64,000 nt of DNA from Guillardia theta CCMP2712 (Eukaryota > Protista > Cryptophyta), in the NCBI RefSeq assembly GCF_000315625.1, contig NW_005434472.1, positions 10,233 to 74,232 on the forward strand, read 5' to 3'. Below the pieces are notes generated by a model that saw nothing but the letters and a program-made list of their open reading frames with translations, had not been told where the DNA came from and searched no databases. This document shows, piece after piece, positions 53,204 to 64,000 of this stretch; positions within the stretch are counted from its first letter, which is position 1, and the number at the start of each line of letters is the position of its first letter. The position numbers were made by a program, and so were the translations under genes.

Positions 53204-54241
53204 TCAGAGGACTCCGGTGCAGATTGAGACGTCGCAGTTGGAGGAGACCCTGCGCAGCATCACCAAAGGACCTTCAGCTCAATCTGTTCTCACCAGTCAA
53301 CTTGACCCAGCTGTCGTCTATCTTGTCCATCCCGCCGCTGCCGAGGGGGAAGTGGTTGACCAGAACTCCAGGCTGCCGGTGCAGATGAGTCAGAGTTTGG
53401 GGTCGGCAAACAAGACAGAGGCGGACCAGCAGCTCGCACTTGGCGCACATCGATCGCATCTGCTTGATGAGATCGCCATCGCAGACGCTCTGGTGCATCG
53501 CTATCGACTTTGTGTTCGGGCAAAGCTCCCCCCACGCGTACTCCAGCTCGCTGCACATCATCCTTCCGGCCTTCTTCTCGCAAGCACACATCGACTGCAA
53601 GCAGCGTCAGACCATCATGGCGTAGATGAGCTCCAAGGAGAAGAGCTGAAGAGGGGATCCGTTACAGACCTCCTTATCATTCTTGCATGTCTTGTCTGTA
53701 GAAGAACCGCACGCATCGAACAGCAACATCCCAACCTCCCAAGCGCGTTGCACCCTGCTGACGATGGTCTTGCAAGCTTCGTCACACCCCAAGTCCACAG
53801 GGACAGCAGCAAGCATCTCTAGCATTCGCTTCCCCGCATGGCCAAGGTTTGTCTCTCCTTGTAACCTCGCTCGAGCACTAAGCAGCGCATTCTGTGGTTT
53901 CCGGCTAACAAGGGCAATGGCTAGGAGGAGCACGGCTCCAACCGCACAAGCGACCAACACTTGTCGAGGTCTGCTCCATCTACTGCTTTCATCAGATTGA
54001 AGGATCTGGCAACGACAAGCGCGCACCTGTTTCGCTTGGGCGTCTGTGGAACGTGGAGAACATAATGAGTGTCCATGGGATTCATTTGCATCGCAAGCAG
54101 ATGTCGACAATGAAACCTCCCCCTCCCTGGCGCATCATCGTCAGATGGTGACAGACAAGGAACAAACGAGTTGTTGGAGGTGGGAGAGAGCCTGAGGCAG
54201 GAAAGTCTGACGCCCTCTACTATGTCCATTTTAGTACCCAT
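53204..54241 (-). CDS. Hypothetical type II membrane protein with a Cys-rich lumenal domain
   Basis: Transmembrane segment VLVACAVGAVLLLAIALVS followed by exons with more than 10 Cys (GCDEACK, DACG..KTCK, CLQSMCACE, CAKCE). No family recognised. Confidence 0.5.
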
Positions 54242-55135
54242 TACTACTTCCTGCGTCCATCGTGCATCGCACGCCTAGTAGAAACTTGTCTCGTCTCCCT
54301 CAAGTCTCAGCGATGTGAGTTGGAGCTTCGGCCACATCATCAGAGTCTCTTCAAGTCTACTCTTCTTCCTCTCCTTCAAATTCCTCGCTCTGAACAGTGT
54401 CCGCCATCGCGTTTCATCGATCTATTTCTGGTGTTGACCAATGTAACCGTTTGTAACGCTATTACGGGCCGCCGCCCGCCGGGCCGGGCGCGCCGCCTGG
54501 CCGCCCGCCGATCATCCGAGATCACTGTCACGACCGTACTACCGGGCCGCGGCGCGGCGTGACTGGAGATTCACTCACCGGGCGGGGCCCGGGCCGCCCG
54601 GCGGGCGGCCAAGCTGCCCGGTGCCACTATCGGTGATCCGACGGTCAGCCCAAGTCGGCTCAGTGAAGGGGCCGCCGGCCCTGACTCACTGTCAGCGCGG
54701 CCGGCCCTCGGGCCCCGCCGTGCCGGCATACCGTGGCCGCGGCCGCTGAGCCTGAGTGCACCGCGGGCCGCGGGCGGCGAAGTTCTGGGCGGTGTCCGCT
54801 GCGGCCGCCGCGCAAGTCTATTGAACTTTCGGAACCGTTAAAGAGTCACAGAGCATATGGTTAAGGAGATCATCGGGCCGCACGTGACTGACGGTATGAG
54901 ACTCATCCTGATCATCATCGGCCCGGAGTACGGTCATGGCACTAAGGCTCAGCCTGATGGGTCTGCCTGTCGAATTGAGTCAACCTTGAGCCGAATACCT
55001 GCTCCAGATCCTGAATCGCCGGCACCAAGAACATTCCTGTACGGAGTGTACATCAAACCAAGGGGTGTACTTGCAGGATGGCACAGTCGGTTTCAAATCA
55101 ACTTGACTGATCAGAGCCAGAGACAAAAACTTGCT

Positions 55136-55940
55136 TCAACACCAACTGACTAGCTCAAAGTCTTCTCTGTTGCAATTCATCAACAAAATCATCGCCGCAA
55201 TCTTTGTATCTTCGCCAATAATGTCACCATTCAAAACAAAGTGCAGGCCATTGTCCTGAAACACCTTTTCTGTCATTTTCGAAGGTTTTGCCAGGCTTCT
55301 CTTTGATTTCACGGCAGATGTATTCCTTCTTCTTGATTTAGACGTTCTCACACGAGATGCCAGGCTTTCCCAATACCCTGACATCCTGAGCAAATTGGAG
55401 ATCAAGTCTTTCAAGATTATTTCAAGTTTGCAATCTTTTCCTAATTAGGGCACGCACATGTCGGCTTGGTCTTCAGTCAATTTTTCCTAGTCCAGAGTTT
55501 TCAGATTCCATTCGGCTAATTGTAGTTGCATCCTGTCATATGCTGAACCTTGCGTTCTACTCTCAGCACGCGGCGTCACGCACTTGGAGGAATTTTTCTC
55601 GTCAAAACACAAACCTTGCCTTCCCACAGAGGCTGAAGATGAAGCTTGCGTAATAGGACATGAACAGGAGGTTGACAGGAGATTTGAAGACATGGTAGTC
55701 GGCCTTGCCTTTCATTCGTGGCAGCCTTTCTGGCGAGCGAAAGAGAGGTTGGCGGTAGATGTCCACATGGTCGGGTGAGAACACGAACACCAGAGCCAGT
55801 ACTTCGTACGGACGAATTCGCGATGCGAAACATACTATTTGTCTTGCATCCAAGGCTATCATATCGTTTTAAACATGACTTTGTTGGTCATCAAATCAAA
55901 GTGCAAGTGAAAACAGCGTTGAAAGGCATGAAAGAGACGA
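55136..55940 (-). CDS. Hypothetical multi-exon protein
   Basis: ORF pieces 55602..55862 and 55136..55414 read as globular protein sequence and are separated by intron-like segments. No family recognised. Confidence 0.3.
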
Positions 55941-56269
55941 CGTTTTGTCAAATTTCGTGACGAAGCAAGGGATGCCCTTCCCTGCAGGGCTTCTCGATCG
56001 CCCAGTCGGCTCCTCTGATCTCACCTTCTCGAATCCAAGACGGATACCATCTCAATCCTTCCCTCATGTTTGAATCCACTCGCTCTCGCCGTCTTCGCTG
56101 ACGGCAGTCCTTCATCCTCCTTCCACCCGCAAAGGCGCCATGTGCAGTCCAGTTGAATAAACTTCGCCGGTGAGTAAAAGTTCTGTACAATGGATCGAGA
56201 GGTCAAAGGGTGGGTGGTGTAATCCAAAAAAAAAGGTGGGATCGAGATGCCAGCATCCTGTCGGGCCGA

Positions 56270-56880
56270 GAAGTAGGGAGCAGGAGAGAGGAGGCAGGGA
56301 GCAGGAGAGAGGAGGGATAGAGGAGGCAGGGAGCAGGAGAGAGGAGTGATAGAGGAGGCAGGGTGCAGGAGTTAGGGAGCAGGAGAGAGGAGGTAGGGAG
56401 CAGGAGAGAGAAGGGATAGAGGAGGGATAAGAGGAGGCAGGGAGCGGGAGAGAGGAGGGATAGAGGAGGCAGGGAGCGGGAGAGAGGAGGGATAGAGGAG
56501 GCAGGGAGCAGGAGAGAGGAGGCAGGGAGCAGGTAGGGAGCAGGAGAGAAGGAGTAGGAGAGAGGAGGCAGGCAGCAGGAGAGAGGAGGTAGGGAGCAGG
56601 AGAGAAGGAGCAGGAGAGAGGAGGTAGGCAGCAGGAGAGAGGGGGGATAGAGGAGGGATAGAGGAGAGAGGAAGCAGGAGAGANNNNNNNNNNNNNNNNN
56701 NNNNNNNNNNNNNNNNNNNNNNNNNNNNNNNNNNNNNNNNNNNNNNNNNNNNNNNNNNNNNNNNNNNNNNNNNNNNNNNNNNNAGAGGTAGGGAGCGAGG
56801 AGGGACGAGGAAGGGAGCAGGAGAGAGGAGGGATAGAGGAGGTAGGGTGCAGGAGGGAGGAGGTAGGGAGAGGAGAGACG
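56270..56880 (+). repeat. Purine-rich degenerate minisatellite (GAGGCAGGGAGCAGGAGAGAG-like) spanning a gap
   Basis: Direct reading. Confidence 0.9.
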
Positions 56881-59800
56881 GGGACAGGAAGACTGGCAAC
56901 ACAATAGAAGGATGGGAGTTGTCAAGAGTGAAGGGGAAGGGCTTGAGCTTTTTCGTAGCAGGCAGGGCATGGAGCGATTTGAAATTTGTTCAAAAACAAT
57001 TGAGAGAAGGTTGAGGAGGAGTCAGATGAAGAGAGGAGGAGCCTGGGGTAAACAGAAAAATTGAACAAGAAGTTCATGTGTGTGCAAACAATTACATGCT
57101 GTTGTATTCTGGACTCATACCGGACGCCCCTTGCGCGTATAGGATGACGATGCAGATCCCTGCAGTGGTGCTGCTGATCTGATGGCTACGTGTGCTTAAT
57201 AAACAGAGATCCTAAGATCATCTGAGCTCAAGGTCTTACGCAAGGTTGTGTATACAACACATGTGCCGACATTGGTACTGTTTACGCATTTCCTCTTGAC
57301 AATGCTTCACACGATTGTGATCAAAATACGAGTGCTCTTTGACGATTATTTTTCTTTGTCATGGTGATGCGTGTATGCATTATTCCAGTCCATTCAGCAA
57401 CACCACACATGATTGCATGAGCATCAACAACAACAATTGTCTGTCAGAAGAAAATTTTCATCTTCCAACTTTGTGATCGAATCAGGCTGATAATATCATA
57501 CAATCGCGAGCTATGAGCCGATTCTGCTCCTTGAAAGATAAATTGCATGAGCTGATTTCACACATCCTGTAACATGGGCCGTCTGGTATGTTTAAAATTC
57601 GCCATCACCAGGTGCTGACATCCCCTTGCATATGGGATAATAGTGGCTCTGCTTGCTGCCCCTCGCCTCTCTTCCATTTCTATCTCCAATGGATTTCTCA
57701 TTGCATCAAGCTTGATCCACTGCGATCTTGCGATGTTGCTTGCATGCTGTTGGAGCCGCGACTACGGTCACGGTCATGTCCCATAGACAAGAAGCAGATT
57801 CCCCTCAGAACCTTGTAATATAAAAAAGAAAAGGCAGCACATTTATTCTACATCCTTATACACACATGAAAAGAGGCAGCGGAAATGATATACGACGTGG
57901 TGTTAAGTAAAACATCTTATTTCTCCGTTTTAGAATGTAAACTCAAAAATCTCTTTTTAGTCAGCAAAATTTGAGTAAAGTAATTTAAAAATGTTTGGAC
58001 TGTAATGTTTAAAAGTATAGTAGTGGGGTGGGGTAGTGTCAGCAACAATAACTGGATTGATTTACGTACCAATTGATAGAGGGAGGTACTCAGAACGAGC
58101 AGATACAAGCCAAGAAGCAGTCAAGCCAAGGAGGACAGGGAATGGCTAGCAAGAGGCTACAGCCTGAGGCAAGCTAAAACAAGCACAGCCACGCATCAAT
58201 CAGTCGCAAGGGCTGAGAATTCTAGTGAGCTGGGCTAGATAAGACATATGCAACGCCAGCAAACAACTATCGCAAACTCACAACGATGGTCGAAGGATGC
58301 CAAAAAAAAAAAGAAAAAGCAGCGAAAGCGAGAAAGTCAGCAATGCAAGGAGCACGCCGCTAAGAACGATTCAATCGGCACGCGAAGGGTGCGGAGATTA
58401 TTTCGTCAGATAGTTATGAGAGTGAAAATTCACGACAAACAAGAAGCTACTTTGAGGTCGTCTACGCACACACGAGCAGTGCTGTCTTATGCCAACTTGT
58501 GTTCTTGATACATGCTTGACTTCTGCATTCGGTTCGAGAGTGATAATCAGCTGCATGAACAAAGTGAAAGATGCCTCAGTTGAGCCTACCAGTCTCGACA
58601 TGAATGAATACTTGCTCCATTAAAACACAACAAGTTTTTCGTGCATTCTATAAGAATTATGCATTTTATGGCTTTGAAAAGGAGGACGACGTGATCAGTG
58701 ATAGCTCTGGGTCATTGTTTTGCATGCGTCAGGAGTGCAATAAGGGAGGTTTTCATGTCGAAGACTCTCTCATAGATGAACATACGGTTGTTTAATGAGT
58801 GAGGTTGAAATAGTGTATGTTAATGCATTCATTCACAGTCTGTGAGCACAGAGAAAGCTTCAACCACAAAGTCCATCAAACACACTGCAACTATTTTTAG
58901 CCTCTGTGACAGCATAATCATTCTCAGCAACCTTATGCAGTACCCAAATTTCGCAGGAAGAATAATGTCACTCAGAACAATTGCGATTGCTTAGCCTATT
59001 AAGAAATTTGGATGGAAAACTTGCCTTGAAGCCAGTTACATTCTCTTGTGAATTTCGAACAGAATTCCTCCTTTCTGCTCCCTCGGTCGTTTTTCATCGC
59101 TGTCTTGCTTGATGCATCCGGTTCATGCAACCTTGTTCCTCTCTCCTCCACCTTGGTCTTCATCCGCCCTCTAACACCTTCCTACGCCCTTTCAGACAGC
59201 GCTCCGTATTCTCCTTTGTCTTGCTCTTCCTTTTTTCTTCTCTGCTTCTCTTCCCATTCAATGATTGTTGAGGTTGTTTCATTCGTAACACATCCATCTT
59301 CAACCTTTTCTTCGCCTATTTCACGTATCCTATTCTCCATCATGTGGTCTAATTCTTGCCTTCTTTTCCCTCATCGAACCCTGTCCCAGTGCATGTCCCT
59401 CTCCAAATCCCTATTCCTTCGGCCTAGGCCTGTGCCTGGGCTCGGACTTGGGCTTATCCTTGTCCTTGTCTTTGTCTTTGTCCCTTTTCTTGCCCTTGCC
59501 AATTGAGTCGTAGAAGCCCATTGAGTCGTAGAAGCCCTGGTGCTTGGGCTTGTGCCTGTCCCAGTCCTTGTCCTTGATCTAGCTATTTGCCCTCCTAGAG
59601 CAGTTGTTCCAGAAGGTAGGGAGAAGCCTATAAAGCCAGGTCGGAGTCCTCTTGACTTGCAGGATGGCCATCAGAGCATGGCGATGGCTGCATGGGAGGG
59701 CAACCAGCGCGTCCAGAGCCTGGATTCCGTCTTCGAGCAAACGCAGAGCACTCTAGCTGGTCTTGCCGCACCATTCTCTTCTTCATTTTCACGCACAGCC

Positions 59801-60968
59801 CCCTCCTCCCCCCCCCCCACCCTTCTCCCTCTACCCTTCTCCCTCTACCCCTGCGACTGCAACTTATTTTTTTATTTTTTTTCCTCCTCGAACTTACTAC
59901 CCCCACCCCTACTGGAATTAATAAATTTTGAAGTGTTCTCTTTTCGAAAGGAAGATACCCCTAGTACCCCAGATTTGCGACCCTATAAATTGCTATGTGA
60001 TCAAGGGGTGTTTGGCGGACGAACGAAAGGTACAAGAGGGGTGGGGGGTGGTGACTAAGTATCGGGGTTGATGTTGGGTCTGGTAGGGTAGTCAAAAAAT
60101 TTTTTACAACAAATCCATTTTTGGGAGAGGGGGGGTGGTCATGCGAGCGGGTGTGAGTTTTAAAGGGTTGAGAGTCAACACAGGTCTGCATGTGTCAATA
60201 GGGTGGTCCAAGATAGGGGTACGTATTGGGAACAGAGGGGGGGTACATGTTCCTTTCCCCATGGAAAGGTTAACAAATTTGGATGGGTGGGGTGGAACTG
60301 CAACAGGGGTCATGTTGAAAGGGTCATTCGAACCATTCAAGAGGGTGGGGTGATATTACCGGTGTCCCGAGGGTCGTTTTAACTCTCGGGGATGGGGTGG
60401 GGTGGGGTGGGGTGGGGTGGGTAGTGCAGAGGGGGTAAGTTACGCAAGGAGGAGGACGAGGATAAGAGGGAGGAGAAAAGCGAGGAGGGCAACAGGGAGG
60501 AGGGGGAGGAGGAGAAACAGGAGGGGCTCCTTGTAAGAAGCATGATGAAGTATAGTATGTGATGGGTGCGAATGGGAGGCTTGTTGAAGATCAACTTCCG
60601 GTCACTTGCTGCATCGCGATGCCCGGGAAGGATATTGTGCTGCAAGTGCCCAAAGAACACTTGTAGATAAACTAGGATAGAACAAGAGTTGATAGGGATG
60701 GTTTCATGGGCAGAGGATGCTCTCGTAGTGATGCATCTTGATAGTCTGATGGGGCAGTCCCCAGATAACCTTGAGCACGTTGTTTGCAACGTTATCATCA
60801 CTGCAGCTGAACCCATTGACACCTTATAGTAGAACAAGCGAGACTAGACACACATATGCGATTTTGCCTTCCTGTTGATCGAACTCCTCTCGTGATCTGC
60901 GACCGCAGACTTACTGCTGTTGAGCAGAGAATCCTGTTTGCTGTGCCCACACGTGCATCGTTGGACAG

Positions 60969-62491
60969 ATGAACAAGGAATCTGAAGGTGAGGGCGTGGT
61001 TATCGGTTCTTGCTTGCTGTGACCATGTTAATCATCAAAGGCTCCAATGAGAAGGAGAACATGGACGACGACGACCTGTCCGGGTCCGACGGGTCTTTCT
61101 CGTCTTACTCCAGTCCCCGAGCCTCCTCGCCGTGTCTTTCGGGAACAGAGTCTGGGCTGGGTCAAGACTCTTGCGATATCCCAGCCTTCATCACCAAACT
61201 CCTGAGGTATCCATGAGCCTGTCAGCGGGGTTCTGTCGTGATACCTGGCTATGCAGGATGCTCTTCGATGCCAGGAACGCGCCCTACATCCGATGGGGTG
61301 AGGACGGGCACACCGTCTTGATAGCGAACCCCCATGGGTTTGCAACCAAGATCATCCCGCAATACTTCAAGCACAGCAACCTTGCGTCTTTCATCCGCCA
61401 GCTCAACGTGTATGGGTTTCACAAGACTACTCAGGATCCTGACATCTGCGAGTTTGCCCACACCAACTTCAAGCGCGACGAGCCTGCACTGATGCAGAAC
61501 ATCAGGCGGAAGGAAAGAAAGCCAGGAAATCGCGCGTCCAAGGTGATGGCAGTGCCTGCGAGCCAAGCAGAAAGACAGGAGGGTGGAGAAAAGAGCTCGG
61601 CCTTGCAAGAGCTGGCTAGGAAGCTCGATCAGATGAGTGGGCGGCAGATTCAGTTAGAAGCAATGTTCAAGAAGTCTGAGAAGGAGAAAGAAACTCTGTC
61701 GCAGAGAGTCTTACAAGCAGAGAAGCAGAACAAGGATACAGAAGCAAAACTCTTTCACATGCACAAGGTCCTCACTCAGCTTTGTGACTCAGTGAAGGTA
61801 AGGTTGTACCCACTCCCTCTCCACACTGAGTGCTTCCCCTCAGCACTTGCAGGGGACCGTCAATGGTATTGTAGCCAGTGTGCAGGGAGCAGGAGAAGGA
61901 GCGAAGCGGACAAGAGGCGTAAGCCATGAAGCGGTGAAGCCTGTCCGCCAGCTGGAGCAAGCCCCATTGCTGCAGCCTCCGCCCAAGACTGCTCAGAGGA
62001 AGAAGCAGAAGGTGCTGGAAGCTGACGTCACCAGGCTGAAGGAGTACGTGGAGAGGCTGGGGTCGATAGGAGAGCTGATGCAGAAAGGAAAGCTCAAGGC
62101 GGCAGACAAGAGAGTCTCATGCAAGGATGTCCTTCAAGGGGTCGGACAGACTCTCAAGAGGGAGCCTGAGGTCATCGAGGTGCGCGCACATGCCGGGCCG
62201 ATTCGTCAGGATCAGCCCCCTGCCCATCGAGTCAGCACGTATGGAGCTCAGCAACCGATCTTCTCGACCAGCTTGCCGCAAGTAGACCTGAAGCAGATGC
62301 AACTGCCCGAGCAGGAGCACTTCACTGTGGGACAGACAGGGATCCTCCAGCCGTTTCTGCTGGCCACCAGCCCCCTCGTCAACTTCGGGTCCATTGGCAG
62401 CTCATTCTCCCTGCGAGCGACTGCGCATCTGTCGCAGGACCTGATGCAAGGAGAAGGAGGAGGGAAAGTTTGCAACCAGACGAGCAGGTGA
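60969..62491 (+). CDS. Heat-shock transcription factor (HSF DNA-binding domain + HR-A/B coiled coil)
   Basis: PAFITKLLR|MLFD..IRWGEDG..IIPQYFKHSNLASFIRQLNVYGFHK..EFAHTNFKR..IRRK followed by heptads. Introns at ~60988-61040, ~61208-61257 and ~61798-61852. Confidence 0.92.
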
Positions 62492-63061
62492 GGAGTGAAG
62501 GAGGCGCAATGTGGTATGGACCGAGTGAAGAGACGGAAGGAGGAAGGTGATAGGTTGTGCGAGAAGGGAGAGGAAGCTGGAGGGGGGAATGGGTGGAGCA
62601 GAAGTTTTGAGGGTGGCGGAGCCGTGTTCACCATGGTTTTTGCGGAATCGGGAGTTTTGTTGTTGTGTGTATATACATGAAAGACAAAAGAACAATAAGC
62701 CTTACAAAAAGTGAACACATAGAAGGAAACATGAAGAGATGCAAGGGCTTGTGTACATGCGAGAGGAAGTTTTCAGGTGCTTTCAGCTAGTGTCTTGAGG
62801 TATTCCTTTGAAACCTGGTAGGAGAGCAAGAGTGTGACTGAGGGGGAGGAGGAGAGGGAGAAGGTAAAGGCCAACAGGAGGCAGGAGGCAGGAATAGAGG
62901 ATGAAGATAGTTCCAGAGATCGCTGAATAGAAGAAACGTAGAATACAATGAGGAGGAGAAAGGAGGTGCAGGAAGGAAATGGAGGAGAAGGGCAGAAGAG
63001 TGTGGCAGGAGGGTGAAGATTGGGGGGAGGGGAGGGCAGACAAACTTGACGATAACAGCAA

Positions 63062-63920
63062 TCAGCAGTAGGGTGGGGGCGTGAGGAGGAGCGGGAGAGG
63101 AGAGGAGGAGACCTTGACGACTTCGGGCGTGTTCCACTGCTTCTTGCCAGTCTTGCGGTTCCACCAGTACACGTTCTTCCCGTCCGATGTTCCCATCATC
63201 CTCCATCCTGGCGCGAGTGGAAAAGAGCCGGTGAGATTGAGGACGGTGAAGGAGTTTGGGGAGATGAAAGTTGAGGAGGAAGAGGAAGAGGGGGAAGAGG
63301 AGGGAAAGGAATCGGAGAAAGAGGAGGACCGGGAGGAAGAGGAGGAAGAGGAGGAGGCTGGAGAGCATGGAAGAGGGAGGGGTGAGGGAAGGACGGGAGG
63401 AAGGAGCACGAATGGTACGGTAGAGCATGGAAGGGAAGTGGTAGATTGGAAGATGGAGGGAGAGAAGACAGGAGAGGAGGATGAAGCAACTTCAAAGTGA
63501 TCAAGAGGAAAGGAGGGGGCAAGGAGCTATGAGAGCAGGCAAGAAGGTAGGAACCTTTCGCCTCCCGTAGTTGCTCGACGAAGGCCTGCAGGAGGAGAAG
63601 AAGGTGAGGCAGGACGAGCCTCGGAGGAAAGTGCAGCGGAGGACCTTCTTCGAGCTCAGCAGCTCTCTCGCCTCCTCCAGCTCTTGATCCAACCGGCGCA
63701 TGCTCTCCATGAAATGCCTGCGGGCTCGTCAGCTCCCCCCACCCCACTTTCTTCCTCAAGGAAGCACAACCCCTCATGCGTCGACTGCAGGGCCCTCGTC
63801 CTCTCCCACTTCTTCTTTATCTCGCTCTTGATGCTCTCGCTCTGCTCCTTCATCGTTGCGATCTCCGCCTGCGTCTGCGCTACCGTCTCTTCCGCCTTAA
63901 GAGCTCCGTCACTCCCGGTA
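63062..63920 (-). CDS. Coiled-coil + WW domain protein (partial; 5' end beyond the window)
   Basis: PLAPGWRMMGTSDGKNVYWWNRKTGKKQWNTP is a WW domain. Upstream exons are heptad-rich (ESMRRLDQELEEARELL). Confidence 0.75.
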
Positions 63921-63930
63921 TCGAAGACAG

Positions 63931-63992
63931 AGGGAGGAGGAGGAGGAGGAGGAGGAGGAGGAGGAGGAGGAGGAGGAGGAGGAGGAGGAGGA
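63931..63992 (+). repeat. (GGA)n microsatellite
   Basis: Direct reading. Confidence 0.95.
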
Positions 63993-64000
63993 GAGTCACC

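Overview
Gene-dense eukaryotic nuclear sequence with many short GT-AG introns (about 45-90 nt, often with a CTGAC/TGAC branch motif), purine-rich microsatellites and four N gaps. The style suggests a microalga such as a cryptophyte, but that is an inference. About 16 protein genes are supportable: a SAWADEE+BAH chromatin reader, PRP43/DHX15, TIP41, a B-box protein, LAMTOR2, ITPA, an alpha/beta hydrolase, a calpain with C-terminal Cys4 fingers, an NSDHL-like 3-beta-HSD, two PDZ/coiled-coil proteins (one a giant with Sfi1-like repeats), a secreted LysM protein, an HSF, a WW protein and several hypotheticals. There are also two identical tRNA-Glu(CTC) genes in an inverted duplication. The top finding is that the TIP41/TIPRL gene (a PP2A-family phosphatase regulator) appears to splice in frame, through a canonical intron at 19769-19842, into a tandem array of ten 78-aa endosulfine (ENSA/ARPP19/Igo1-like, YFDSGD) units. 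This predicts a fusion of two different PP2A inhibitors with a multiplied Greatwall/Rim15 phospho-site. Gene models were assembled by eye, so exon boundaries and termini are approximate where stated.
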